Positions 40,990-54,796 of a stretch of DNA of 64,000 nt are shown piece by piece. The number at the start of each line of letters is the position of its first letter. Positions within the stretch are counted from its first letter, which is position 1. The DNA is taken from the NCBI RefSeq assembly GCF_009834535.1, contig NC_045697.1, positions 14,758,001 to 14,822,000 on the forward strand, read 5' to 3'. Below the pieces are notes generated by a model, which worked only from the letters and a program-made list of their open reading frames with translations, did not search any database and had not been told where the DNA came from. The position numbers and the translations under genes were made by a program. Origin of the DNA: Camelus ferus. Lineage: Eukaryota.

Positions 40990-41279
40990 GCCTTGGATTG
41001 GCATTATGTGTGAGGCACTTCCATTTCAGAAAGACACAGACAAACTGAAAACCATTTACAGAATGACAAAAATATGATTAGAGGACAGAAAGTTTGATTT
41101 ATGAGGCCAGATTAAAGGAGATAAATGCCTATTACTTGGCTAAGTGACAACCAAGGGAAATGGTAAGAATCTACAAATATTGGAATAATGTAAATATGGG
41201 TAACACAGAGGACTTTTATGTGCGCTACAAGATAGAACTAACGGAATGGAACAGGATAAAATGTGAAGTTGTAGACAAT
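40990..41279 (+). mobile_element. ancient CR1/L3 LINE fragment
   Basis: Similar to the CR1 ORF2 3' region (ttcagaaagacacagacaaactgaaa ... tatgaggccagattaaaggag). Confidence 0.55.
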
Positions 41280-41288
41280 AAGAAGAGG

Positions 41289-41525
41289 GCTAAATTAGAG
41301 GTTGGGATTTATAGATACTAAGTACTGTGTATAAAATATATAAACAACAAGGTCCTGCTGTAGAGCACAAGGAACTACACTCAATATTTTGTAATAGCCT
41401 ATAATGAAAAATAGTATGGAAGGAATATATATATAAATAAATATATAACTGAATCACTATGCTGTACACCAGAAACTACACAACACTGTAAATCAACTCT
41501 ACTTCAATAAAAAGAAGAAAGAAAA
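41289..41525 (+). mobile_element. short 5'-truncated cetartiodactyl-type L1 3'UTR insertion
   Basis: aaacaacaaggtcctgctgtagagcacaaggaactac ... gaatcactatgctgtacaccagaaact ... cttcaataaaaa; 9-bp TSD AAGAAGAGG at 41280-41288 and 41526-41534. Confidence 0.85.
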
Positions 41526-41571
41526 AAGAAGAGGAGTTTTGGAAAGAGTAATTGTTGAGTAGTAAAATATA

Positions 41572-41755
41572 AAAGAAGGAGGAAGAGAAAGGGGAGAGAG
41601 GAGAAGAAAAAAATAAGATCAGGAGTATAAAGAAGAAGAAAGCAAGCAAGGAAGGAAAAAGGAAGGAGGGAGAGAAGGAAGAAGAGAGACAGAAAGGGAG
41701 GGAGGGGAGGAGGGAGGGAAGGAGGTGGGGAGGAAGGAAGGAAGGGATGAAGGAA
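41572..41755. repeat. purine-rich low-complexity tract (GAA/GGAA/GGAG)
   Basis: Read directly. Confidence 0.85.
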
Positions 41756-43319
41756 ATTTCAATTCCCCCAACCTCTTCTTACATATTTCTCCATAAAATA
41801 TACCAGCAATATTGACATTGGCTTCTGGATAGAATTTTCTTTTTCAAATTTAAAAGACTTAAATAATTACCATCATTTTAATAAATAAATGTTCTTTGGT
41901 GACTTACAAAAGATAGGATTCCATAGAGTGCAAGGAATGTTTCTGTAAAACTGCTCAGTTTAACAAAAGAAGTTACCAAAAAAAGAAGAGGTGGGGGAAA
42001 TGAGTCAGGAAACTGTCTTATTCCACCATACCTAGTAATAGGAAATATAAGAAACACGTTTCTGGCAGGGCTCAGGTGGAGAAAACATCTCCCCAGTCAG
42101 AGCCAGTCAGAGTTGGCATCAACACCCTACCTCAGGGGAGAAGGCTGCCACTAAATCAAAAAGAGACAGTAATGGGGAGCTGATGTAGCTGTGCAAAGCC
42201 ACTGCTGCTATTAAATTCAGGGCCTGGGCACAGGGAATTTACCAACCTTTGGCTAGCCTGCTACACATAAGAGTTATTGTAATTGAAAATGAAGGATAAG
42301 AGTTCCCTGGCATACATCCTACTTTGAAAATCCAACACATAATAATGCTATTAAAATAAAGTCAACTGGAAATAACATATAGTCCCATTGTCTCTTTGTA
42401 GCTGACACCCGCCTTCTTAAGGAGTCCTTCGTGTTTCTTTCTTCTACTATAAAATGGCAAAGTGGCAAAAAAAAAAAAAGGTGCTCCTTTTAGGTGAATC
42501 ACAAGGTTAACATGGGTTGAGCACCAACTAGGTTCCAAACATTGTGCCAGCCCTGTCTCTCTTATAACCTCCTATGCCATTGAGATCATATCCTCCATTT
42601 CAGAGATTAAAAATCCGAGGTCAGAGAAGTTAAGTAATTTGCCCTAAATCACTTAGATAGTAAGAGAAAGAGCCAGGAATGAATAGAATTCCAGTCTGCT
42701 TATCTTCAAAGTATTCCCATTATATCTAACACTCAGCAACTTGCCCAAAGCGTAACACACAGCAGGCACTCAATTACTCAGAATGAATTGATTTGAAAGA
42801 AACTGATGGTATAATTGAAATGTGAAGAGAATCTCCAACAACTTTGGCCATAACTTGATGAAGTATTGCCAAATTTTCACCAACTGTTGAATTATGTATG
42901 AGCCAATTACAGCCACATCTATAAAGTGGCACCTTTCAAGGACAAAGTATCTCTTGCTCTCTTTGGTACTATGTTACCACATAATATACTAGATTTCCTC
43001 GGTCTCATATAAACAGAAAATAAGCCTCACGTTTGGATTACTTCAATAAATGCTAAACTGCGTAAAACAATATATATGATCATTTTATGTCTCGTAGGAT
43101 ATCAGGCTGACTGAGAAATAAGACTGACAATCAATATGTAGTATTCAATTGACTAAATATAAAAAAATACTGTTTATGTGCTCCCAAGAAGATACAGAGA
43201 AATAGGAGACTCAGGCTTTATATTTACAAAACTTATAGCTCCACTGGAAGGCAAGATACAAATGAAAGGGAAGGTAAATAAATCAAAGTTTAAACAGCCA
43301 CTTGAGATTTTCTTTCCCA

Positions 43320-43720
43320 CAGATGTCATTCAACTAATATTTAGGGAAGGCCTGCTATGCACCAGAAATTGTGTTAGGCATCAGCATAAGAATAAGACGA
43401 GTTCATTTTCCTCAAGAACCCTACAGTCTAGTGGGAGGGAAAACTTGTAAACATACAGTTTCAAAGCAAAATGATTAGCAAGTTAGAGAAAGATATATGG
43501 TGCTACGGAATGTAGATGAGAAAAGGTTAATTCTGCTGAAAATGGGCCTGAAGATTTTATCAAGGAAGTCTTCCCAAAGGAAGTGAGGCCCAAGGGGCTT
43601 CTTGAAGATTAAGTAGGAATTTTCCAGGCCAACAAGTAAGAACACTCCAAGAACAGGAAACATCATGTACCAGTCTATGCTTCTAAAATAATGGAAGAAT
43701 GTGGCAGATAGTGATAAGGA
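43320..43720 (-). mobile_element. L2 LINE fragment
   Basis: cattcaactaatattta ... tatgcaccagaaattgtgttaggc ... tacagtctagtgggagg. Confidence 0.7.
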
Positions 43721-45282
43721 AGCCTTCTTAGCAAAATCACTAATACTTGATGGAGAGGATGGTATAAATATGACTTTAAAATGTTCAATTTCAGGTTCTT
43801 TTTTTTTTTCCAGGTCCACTTGAATGTCAATAAATACTGTGATGAGTTCAAGGCCATCTCAGGTAGGATCTTAACATCCTGACCAGCGTATTGGCAAGTT
43901 TCCGTTCTTCGCTGCAGGACAGTTCATTAAAAGCAGTACGTTCAGATGCCATAAGCTAAAGCATCCTTCCTGTTTAGCATGTCTAATGTATGAGGACCAT
44001 CACTAACTTTGTATAAATCACCTATTTTATCATTTAAATATTCAACAGTGTTCAAGAGCATATCTACTTTTTGGAAAGTAATCGTAAGTGCAGCAGAGGC
44101 ATCATGAAACATCTGATTAGGAAAATGAAGTGGGAATCATTCCTTTCAAACGCACAATTATAAAAGTTGTATACACTGATCAGCATGGATATGCTACAGA
44201 AATTTCTGACTCTGAATAACTCTTAGAATCTCATGAAAATTGCTGCGAAGCATTCTGTCGAAGAATTGGGTATAAGGAACACAGTGGAATCAAAGTTATA
44301 GGAAATACAGACAATAAAACTTGTGACCACAGAATTCTGATTGTAAGAATTCTAGAAATTAAACAGCTGCACTCTCCACTTTCACACAAAAATAAACTAG
44401 AAGACCGAGAGATGACATTCACCTTGCCCATTTCTAGGTTAGGAAAAGCTTTATGTATTAATTCTCTCAAAGTGAAAACAAGGAATAAGTTCACATTTAA
44501 TCCTGGACAAATTTAACTGAAACCTCGTAAAACATTCCACATGAGTGGTTTTCAACAAAAAATGCGATGTCCTTACAGAGTAAAGGGCTTTAGAGCTTCC
44601 TCTTCAAACATAATCAGCATTGTCATTGAACTTGGTCACTCCCACCTCCTGTGAATGATTGCCTTTTGCAAATGAATTTTAGCAGAATCTCCCCACTCCA
44701 TTCTCATCAGTGTCTTTACCTCTATTTTTTTTTTTTTTTTTTTTTTATTGCTTCTTGAAGAGTAACCACTGTTTTCTAAGCCGTGCCTTGCCCATCACTT
44801 CTGGCAGGGCTCAACTGCGCGTTTAAGACATTGAGCAGCTGGTTCAGAAAGCTAAGACCTGTCTCCTCAAAGTCAAACCTGAATCAGCACTGAATTAAAT
44901 TGGATTTACTCCTGATTTGATCCAAACTCCATTCCTCTTTTGACCTCTGTTTTCCCAGCTCCTGATCATCTGTCCTGATTCACATAGAAGACTACATCCT
45001 GCTCTTCCTTGGCTGACAGAGTCTCTCATTTTGACCTCCTATCACAAACTTTGACTGTAGTCCTTGACTGTTTCTTGCTCTTTGGGTTAAAACCACCACT
45101 CAGGTATGCTTTTCCCTGTCCGGACCCAACCGTTCATGGTTTCTGTTTCACAGGCTATACCCTGGTGGGTCAACTTGGAACAATTTCTTGCACGCTCATT
45201 TCCCTCAATATGCTTTTTAAAAATTATGTTTTATTCTCCCTTCCTTTTCCTCTCTCTCTTAACACACATACATACACTTTTT

Positions 45283-45675
45283 TTAAACACCTTATTGTGG
45301 TATGATTTCTGTACAGTAAATTACACATATTTCAGATGTACAATTTGACGAATTTTGATAGATGTATACACCAATGTAACCACCATCACAATCAGAATAG
45401 CTAATATTACCATCACTCCTCAAGGGGTGCAAATTTCGAATCCCCAATTTATCTCTTCCCACCATCTTTACCCCCAGGTAACCATAAGCTTATTCTCTAT
45501 GTCCTGAGTCTGTTCCTGTTTTACAGATAAGATCGTATTTTTCATTTGTGTCTATTTTTTAGATTCCACATATAAGCTATATCATGTTATTTTTCTTTCT
45601 CTTTCTGGCTTACTTCACTTAGAATAACAATCTCCAGGTCCATCTATGTTGCTGCAAATGGCATTATTTTATTAC
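45283..45675 (-). mobile_element. L1 3' fragments (an older 3' end joined to a younger ORF2-end/3'UTR piece)
   Basis: ttagattccacatataag ... cttacttcacttagaataacaatctccaggtccatctatgttgctgcaaatggcatt. Confidence 0.75.
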
Positions 45676-48419
45676 TACACTATCAAATACCTGTTTACAT
45701 TGTATCTACGAATTTCACATGCAATTATATAGTTTGTATCTCATAGTAATATATAAAATCTAAACACAAGGAGTCCTTCTCCTATCTCCTTTGCCTGGAA
45801 ATTGGAGCCCAGTAAATTGTATTGAGTGAGCAAAATTTGGGGGTGTATTCATTCATTTATTCATTCAGCAGATATTTATTGAGTGCCTGATATGTCAGGC
45901 ATACTGAGTGCTACAATCACAACAGATTTATTCACATGACATTTCTCAGACTGCTTCACTTTCTCTACCTTGCACATATCTTTTTTATGAGTACTCTCTC
46001 CTCTCTTGTCTTCTTAAAAATCTCTATTCCTCCTTCACGATTTAATTTAAATACCAAATTTTTCATGAAATACTTTCTAACCTTTAGAAGTTTATCAGTC
46101 CCTTCTCTTTAATATCATCCCAGAATATGGCATTTTACCAAATTTCATAGTAATTACTTGCTCATGTCTCTGTCTCCTCCCAGTTAGATTTATTCTATGG
46201 GGAGACATCTGATCTCTGCCTCTTCAGTATTTGTGTCTACTATGCATGGCACATGATAGATCCTCAGTCAACAGTAAATAGTATGATAATAAGAGCATCT
46301 GTATATATGGTATTTAGTATAAAGTCAACATACTGCAGTTTAATAGTATTACCCATAAGCAAGTTCAAACCAAGTAATTCCAGAGACCTCTAAAATTTAA
46401 AAAACTTTTTAGTGTTAATTCAGACCAGTTTATTTTTTAATAGAATCATAAACAATACATTTAATTATCCTATCTTCTAAAATGCACTGCATTATAACAC
46501 CCATGGGGAATTTATACTAACCTTTCTGTTGTCACCCAGACATAGGGAGTATGATGTTAATTATTCCTGGTATACTGTGAGAAGCCAAATCTAAGGATTC
46601 TGGTTGTTTATTATTAGAACAGAACTTCCTTCACCATTTACCTTACAATCATTTAATTTTACCGTTTTTATGGTAATGACTCCTGATTTATATCTCCAGC
46701 TCATTAGTCCCTGCACTCCAAGTTTCTTTTCCATCTCAGTACGAGTCACCTCCACTGGAATATCTCAGAGACATATAAAGCATGATTTGTCCAAAAGAGA
46801 ACACTCAGTTCTACCCTCACTCCTCTCCATCACTGTAAATGGCACTGTCCAATAACACAAGTAAGAAGTTCAGGCACAGTAACCTTTATGTGGTCTTGAC
46901 TCCACCTCTTCTCTCTCCACTCTCATCCAACCCTTCACAAGCCTGAGTCGTTATCCAAAATACAGCAAATTCTTCTCTCCATCTCCTGTAATGTACTACA
47001 TTAGTAATGATTCCTATTACTTCTTCACTTAAGTATTGAAACATCATATTCTCATCATCTTATTTGATTGCTTCTTATCTTTCAACACAATTGATAACTT
47101 TTCTTTAATAATTACTTCTCTTTGTCTGGGTCTTATTTGCCTTCTTCCTTAGAATATAAAATCTTTTAGGCAAGAACTCCGACTCTCCGACATGACATTT
47201 TACCTCCAGGGACCAGTATGGGACAAAATACTTACTATGTGTTAAACAGTGAGTACAATAAAATAATTAGAAGTAAACAAACTCAACAGGCCCTGATAAA
47301 GCATCTACTCTCTGTGCACTGACACACTGAACACGGGTACACACACAGTCATACACCTTTAACATGCACAGCAGCACTGTAACGTGCAGAGGCTTATTCC
47401 TACTTAACCAAGAAGGAAAATAAGTTTCTCAAAGTGTTAGTATCGCTTTCACATTTTAACCTAAGTTCCTGAATCTAATCCCAGTGCTTTGCTTTTTCCA
47501 TAATCTACATTATCAAAACCAATGTTTAATTTAAAAACAATTTTTACTTCTTGCTGACATTTCACCATGAAATTTTGTTCCACCAGGCAAATTGTTAAAA
47601 AATAAAAATTGAAGAAAAAAAATGACAACACACACTGCCTTTCTGGCTTTCTCTCTCTAAAAACAAAAACAAAATAGAACACTCATCAGTGAAAATCTCC
47701 TACATGAACCTGACACATTAAATCAGAGATGTGTTAAAGAGAGAATGGATCCTTCTGGTGATAAGGCTAATGACTGGAGGCCAAAAGTCAACTGTCTGCT
47801 TGTTTTTTAATAACTCAGTCTAAAACCTTGGGGATTTTTATACCGCTACTTCATCGTATCACTTCAGAAATAAACTGTAGGAAACAATAAAGGCATGACT
47901 TTTCTAAAAATACTAAAAACTGTAACAGAAAGAGTTCATAATACGAGTGCCCACTGTCTGCTGCAAAGCCAGTTCAGGAAGGCAGCCACAAAGACACATC
48001 CTTACTTCATCCAATAAGCATTCATAGAGTCCCTAATAGGCAAGCTGAAGCATTGTGCGGAGAGTGTGCGATCTGGCAAACAAGGGTTCCAGGCTCTCCT
48101 CACCTCTGTATAAGCCTGTGGCATTGAACAAATTATTCAGTGTCTTTATCCTTAAAATAAGGTTAATGTAGTATCTATCTCATAAGATTATGGTAAGAAT
48201 AAGAAGACAAACTGAGTAAAATGCCCACTACATAAGAAGACCTGAAAAAAAAAAAGTTAGTTTTTTGCGATGGAACAGTGTACCCTGAGGGGCATCTGTT
48301 TGACATACCCTGCATATTGAGAATGTACGTTTTAGGAGAGGATGAAATGACAGCTGTGGAGTGGCTGGAGTTGGATAACCCCAGGTCTTTTAAAAATAAA
48401 CCATGTCCCTCCCCTATTT

Positions 48420-48945
48420 AAAAACAGTTTTATTGTTGTATAATTTGCATAGCATAAAAGCCTCCCATTTGAGTGTACAACTAGGATGACTTCTAGCTAA
48501 TTTACCGCATTGCACAAACACTGCCAAATTCCAACACTGGAACATTTTTATCACCCCCTAAAAGATCCCTCATGCACATTTGTAATCACTCCTCTTCACA
48601 CTCCCAGCCCCAGGCAACCTCTAGCTTACTTTCTGTCTTTGTAGATTTGCCTTTTCCAGATATTTCATATAAATGGAATTATACAGTATGTGGTCTTAAG
48701 TGTCTGGCTTTATCATGTCACATAAGATGAGTGCCAGCCGGTGACAGCATGTATCAATACGCAGTTCTTTTTTATTGCTAAATAGTGTTCCATTCTATGA
48801 ATATACAGTGTTGTTCTATTTGCCGGCTGACTGACATTTGAGTTGTTTCCAGTTTTTTACTACTACCAATAATACTACCACAAACATTTGCTTACAAGTC
48901 TTTTTCTAAACACATATTTTCATTTCTTTTGGGGATACTCCTAAG
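48420..48945 (-). mobile_element. L1MB-type 3' fragment
   Basis: cccagccccaggcaacctctagcttactttctgtctttgtagatttgccttttccagatatttcatataaatggaat. Confidence 0.8.
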
Positions 48946-49754
48946 AATCTCCCTTTCCCATTTTAAGTGAAGGATCTGCCCCTGACAGACTCCAGTGCAA
49001 CGTGCTGGGGAGAGGAGTGGAGTTCTGACTCCAGCTCACTTGTAAGTACTGAGTAGTCGGCAAGTACACTGAAGTGGAGAAAGCATATCAGTTCTTGTTC
49101 CTGCCCTTGCCCTGCTAAATCTCCTTGTGACCTTGGGAGAGAAGGAAAGCATCTCTCAGCACCCAGGTATCTCCATTTGGGAGCCAAAGGCAGGAACCCG
49201 ACATTCTCTGAATTGTCCTCTACCTTTAGAAGCTTATAATACTTTCAGTTACTAAAGAATTTAAAAACAAACCAAAAAGACAATCAATGAATCATGTCCC
49301 TTGCCTCTGGCATTTTCCAGGCTGGCACTCTGTGGGAGGCCAGCACCAGTTACAAAAGAATGATACAGAAAGCGAATGACACAGAAAGTCTTTGCATACA
49401 CTGCTAAGGCTCGTAGAATCCAGAATGTACACGTTGCCACTCTAAATATGTCTGTTTTGCTTTTGAGGTTCTTGCGTATCACTGTATTTCTCTGACTGTA
49501 TCTTCTAAGGCAGTCATTTCATTCAAAGTTAACTGGGCATAAAACAAACATCGCTACAACAGATAGGGTGGCTTATTTTATCAAACACTTTAAAAAAGTA
49601 TAAATCCAAGAATGACCATTACTTCCAAAGCAGTCATCTCAATGATTAGACATTTTTTCATTTATTCTGACATTTCTCAGAGCCTACTGTGATAGTTTTC
49701 ACTTTGAAATTGCTCTCCAAGTGGTGGCAGAGACAATTCTCAAAATTCATTTAA

Positions 49755-50500
49755 AAAACTTATTATTAAATATTTAACACACAGCAAAAAGTTTAAAGAA
49801 TAACAAAGTGCACATGAATGTACCAATCACAAAGCTTTAAAGAAAACGATATCCAGCCCTTTGGCGATGCCTTGTACCCCTACTAATCACATCTGCTTTT
49901 GTCAAGGCTCCCTTGTCCTTAACCCAAACACGTTTCTGCATTTGATCATGACTATTCCCATGTATATATTTATACTTTTCTACATATATATTTTGTCCTA
50001 AGTAATGTATGATGTTGGGGTTTTTTTGGGTTTTAAATATTTATATAGATGGTATCACACTATATGTGTTCCTTAGCAATGTTCTATTTTCACTATATGT
50101 TTGTTAGATTTATTCATAATGATATGTGAGTTCTTTTTCATTAATATTCACAGTGTAGAACATTACATTGTTTTAAATAAGCCTCGATTATTTATTCCAT
50201 TTCCTATTGAGATACATTTAGGTGATATCCAATACTTTGCCACTACAAACACTTTATCTATAAGCATTTTGGGGTTTATCTCTTCGTGTACATATCAAAG
50301 GGTTTCTCCAGGGCATATACCTAGGAATGGAATTTCCATATTGTTGCAAAGGGATATCTTCACTTCTAGTATTTATTGCTTAATTTTCTCCAAAATGTTT
50401 GCACCAGCTCTCATTCTACCCATAAAGGTATAAAATTATCATTTCTCTATAACCACCCAAAAGTTGGTACTGTTACACATTTCAGTTTTTACCAGTTGCC
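49755..50500 (-). mobile_element. old L1 (L1ME-type) fragment
   Basis: Degenerate antisense L1 3' motifs (gggcatatacctaggaatggaatt). Confidence 0.6.
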
Positions 50501-51742
50501 AATGTCATTTTTAAAAATCAAATTTAACCATCATTAAGCATCTACTCTGGATACACCTCTGTGCTCAGTTCTGTATGGAAAGCAAGGCAAGATGCAATGG
50601 AATTGGACGAACCTAATATCCAGCCCTTACTCCTGCCGCCTGTGAGAACCAGGAGGAGTCACTTCACCTCCTCAGGCCTCCGTTTCTTCATCTGTAATGT
50701 GAAGGGCTGGACAAGAACACTTCTCAGGCCTCTTTCCCCTCTGGTCTCCATGCTCCCCAGGAGCTCACCAACCAGCAGGAGAAACAGCATACATATAAGT
50801 AAATGTAACACCAACCAAATATACAGGTATGGCATTAGGAGAGCATACAAGATAGGATCCAAATACGCAGGAGGGACTGGGAAGATTTCATCAGGGAGGT
50901 TTGGATGAGTTGCATCCAGGGCGGCATGGATGACACTCTCAGGAATGAGTGAAGGAAAGGAAATGCGGGGAGAGGAAAGAGCCTGGGTGGAGTTCCAGAG
51001 ACTGGAGCGTGAAGGGAACAGAGGTAGGGGCGGTGTGGCTGCCACACGAGGTGCGAAGTAGGTGCTGCAGGCAGTGAGGCCAGCTACGTGGCAATTTTAT
51101 TACGCCGAAGTGTAATAAATCTTCATTATTTTGTTGATGATTTTATTTTTAAACCCCCCTGAAGCTATTTGGAATCAAATCTGTAACTAAGGCAGATGGT
51201 CAATTTATTTTCACTTTAGAATGAAGCCATAAAACTAATTTCTGTGAGGCTCATAGAGCGAACTGGATAGTCACTTCTCAAACAAGATTGCCCAGGGGGT
51301 TTGGAAAACAGGAAGAAACATTGTAGAAATAAGACTGTAGCCTCCTCAGCTTACTATTTTGAGTAAACATGCCCTTTTGGATTTTTGAATTCAGGTAGGT
51401 TGGTTTAAAAGAGCTCATTACTTAGAGTTATACCTTGTACAGAAAACTCTCAGAAACTGATGGAATCTTAGAATTCCAAGACAAAATGTTTAAAGTACAA
51501 AATAAATTTTATTCCCGGAAGGAAAAAAATGTCTTCTAGGAAGTTCTAACTTTTTAATACTACAATGACTGAGAATTTCACTTTAAAAAATCATTAATGT
51601 ATCTGATTTTGAATAAACTAAGTTATCATTGGTTAAGAACATGGACAGAGCAGGCGAAATACATGGGTACAAATCTTGATTCTCCCACTATATACTGAGA
51701 TTTTTTTTTAGGCAAGTTTATGTACTTATGCCCAGTTTGCCA

Positions 51743-54232
51743 GTATTATAATTGCATTTAGCTACATGTAGCAAAATACCTAAAATAATCTCCACACATT
51801 TAAGTCACTACTATTTTTCCCACATAATAAGAAATCAGAGGCTGGCAGCTCAAGGCTGGTACAGCAGCTTCATGCTGTCACAGATGACCCAATGCCCTTC
51901 TCTATCTTTCTGACTCACCATTTTAAAGAAAATATTTTTAGGGCAATTTTATGTTCACAGCAAAACTGAAAGACAGTACAGTGATTTCCCATATACCTCT
52001 TGCATCCACACACACACACGGCGTCCTCCACTATCAACAGTGCTCGCCAGAGTGGTCCATTTGTTACCAAGAATGCAACTACACAGACACATAATAATCA
52101 CCCAAACTCCACAGTTTACCTTAGGGTTCACTCTTGGTGTTGTAAATCTACAGGTTTAGACAAATGTATAGTGATATATACTCATCATTTTAATATCATA
52201 TTATTTTCACTGTCTTAAAAACCCTATGTGCTCTGCCCATTTATCCCTCCCCCACCCCAAAAACCACTGTGATCTTTTCACCATGTCCATGGTTTTGTTT
52301 TTTCCAGAATGTCATATAGTTGGAATCATACAGTATGTAAACCTTTTCAGATTGACTTCTCTCTCTGAGCTATATGCATTCAAGTTTCCTCCATGTCTTT
52401 TCATGGCTTGAAAGCTCATTTTTTAATATTAGATAAGATTTCATTGTTTAGATGCAACACAGTATGTTTATTCATTTACCTACTAAGGGATATCTTGTTG
52501 CTCCAAGTTTTAGCAATTTTGAATAAAGCTGCTATAAATATCACTATGCAGGTTTTTGTGTGGACATCAGTTTCAACTTAAATCCCAGAGAGCATCATTG
52601 CTGGATGGTATGGTAAGAGTATATTTAGTTTTGTAAGAAATGACAGTCTCAGAGTGGCTATGCCATTTTGAATTCCTCCCAGCAACATACGGGAGTTCCT
52701 TTCGTTCCACATCCTCACGAGGATTTGGTGTTACCAGTGTTCTAAATTTTGGCCATTGTAGTAGAATTGTAGTGGTGTCTCATTGCTGTTTTAATTTGTA
52801 TTTCCCTGATGGCATAAGATGTGAAGATTCTTTTCATGTGCTTGTTTACCATCTGTAGATCTTCTCTCTCTCTCTTTGGTGAGAACAATAGTTATACTTT
52901 CTTAGTAAGTTTCAATTATACAATAGAGTATTAGCAACTATGGTCACTATGTTATACTTAGTTTCTCAGCCATTCTTCTTATAACTGCAAGTTTGTACCC
53001 CTTTACCAGCCTCTCCCCATTTCCTCCACCCCTCTAGCCACTGGCAACCACCATTCTACTCTGTTTCTGTGAGCTCTCCTTTTTCTTTAGATTCATGTTA
53101 TGTGACACCACGCAGTGTTTGTTTTTCTCTGGCTGGCTTATTTCACTTAGCATACTGCTCTCCAGATTAATTAAAGCTGTCACAAATGGCAGGATGTCCT
53201 TTAAGGCGGAATAGCATTCCATTGTATACCACTTTCTTTATCCATTCATCCACGTATAGACACCTAGGTTATTTCTGTACCTTGGCTATAGTGAATAATG
53301 CTGCAGTGAACACAGGAGTACAGATATTTCTTCGAGATAATTATTTCATTTTCTTTGGATATATATCCAGAAGTGGATTGCTAGAGCATATAGTCGTTCT
53401 ATTTTTAGTTTCTGGAGGATCCTTCATACGGTTTTTCATAGAAATGGTAGAGTTTACATTCCCACCAACAGGTGTACAGGGGTACCCTTTTATTCACATT
53501 CTCGCCTGCATGTGTTATCTCTTTATCTTTTTGATAGTAAGCATCTTAACAGATAAGGTGATCTCTCATTGTGGTTTTGATTTGCAATTTTCCTCATGAT
53601 TAGTGACATTAAACATCTTTTCATATACCTGTTGACCATTTGTACATCTTCTTTGGAAAACTGTCTGTAACAAATTTAAATAAATTTGGCTACTTCAAAC
53701 TAAAAGACTTCTTCACAACAAAGGAAACCATGAACAAAATGAAAAGGGAACATATGGAATGGGAGAAAATATTTCTAAGCCACACATCCAATAGGAGGTT
53801 AATATCAAAAATATACAAGGAACTCAGACACCTGGCTAGCTCGGTCGGTAGAGCCTAAGACTCTTAAAAATATACAAGGAACTCATACAACTCAATAGCG
53901 AAAAAAAAAAGTGGACAAAGAATCTGAATAGATATTTTTCTGTCATTCTTGATATGTAGCTTTGAGTTGAAGTAGAAACAAGGGAGAAGGGGCCAAAATA
54001 TTTCCCTTTGCAATAGTTTGTATTTTTATTTAGAAGGGTGTTCTATTCAATGGACTGTCGCTTAAGTCCCACTAGCCAAAACTAAGAAACATGACCATCG
54101 CTTTTGGCATGGAAAACTGGAAGACCAATACTTTTGTTGAGTACATTGCTACCCCAAAGAAAGTCAGGATTCTCTTACCAAGAAAGATGTCAAAATAAAA
54201 TTTTGATAGGCAACTAACAGTGCCTGCTATAT
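51743..54232. mobile_element. nested cluster: an old MLT1-type LTR (51743-51925 and 53940-54232) split by an L1MC-type piece (51930-52880, -) and an L1MA-type element with a 5' inversion (52875-53668 -, 53669-53940 +)
   Basis: MLT1 motifs on both sides; an L1MC 3' end (gcaattttatgttcacagcaaaactg); L1MA-type antisense ORF2 end followed by a sense ORF2 piece translating as NKFGYFKLKDFFTTKETMNKMKREHMEWEKIF. Confidence 0.75.
53830..53867 (+). pseudogene. tRNA-Lys(CTT) 5'-half tailless retropseudogene
   Basis: ACCTGGCTAGCTCGGTCGGTAGAGCCTAAGACTCTTAA matches nt 1-38 of tRNA-Lys-CTT as I recall it (GCCCGGCTAGCTCAGTCGGTAGAGCATGAGACTCTTAA) at 33/38. It is flanked by the 20-bp direct repeat AAAAATATACAAGGAACTCA (53807-53826, 53866-53885). 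Confidence 0.88.
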
Positions 54233-54710
54233 ACCATTACTAAAGAGTTACTTTGAAAGTTAAAAACAAAATGAATGAAAGTCTTAACATACAGTAACCA
54301 TTCAGTAACTTTTGCCCCCAAATCATTATATTAATGTATGATCAGTAATGTTATATCTATTCCTGCAAGGACACGTTAATCCTTCATAGCCCAGATCAAA
54401 TGCTGTACCTACTAAGAGTCATCTCTGATTCTGCTACTCAGATGTTTTTCATTATACTTGATTAAACACAAATTAATCTGACAAACAAGCAGAAAAGGAG
54501 TGTATTGGAAGTATACAGAATTGTAGAATCGAGAAGAGAGCTAGAGAGCTAGCCACTGCAAAACTCAGGAACTCAAGGCAGCTTCCTGGGAGTAAAAAAC
54601 ACTGAGGGTATATTTTGACTCCATGAGCTACTATGGGAGGGAGTTATCCCCTGCTTCCCACCAGGAAGCCCTTTGGGATTGCCCCTAAACAGGTGAAGTA
54701 TTTTGCTGCT

Positions 54711-54727
54711 GGATGGATGGATGGATG

Positions 54728-54796
<69 letters not shown>

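Noticed and set aside
53830..53867. Functional tRNA-Lys gene
   Set aside because: Only the 5' 38 nt are present, with no B box, T arm or acceptor 3' strand; it is a pseudogene fragment.
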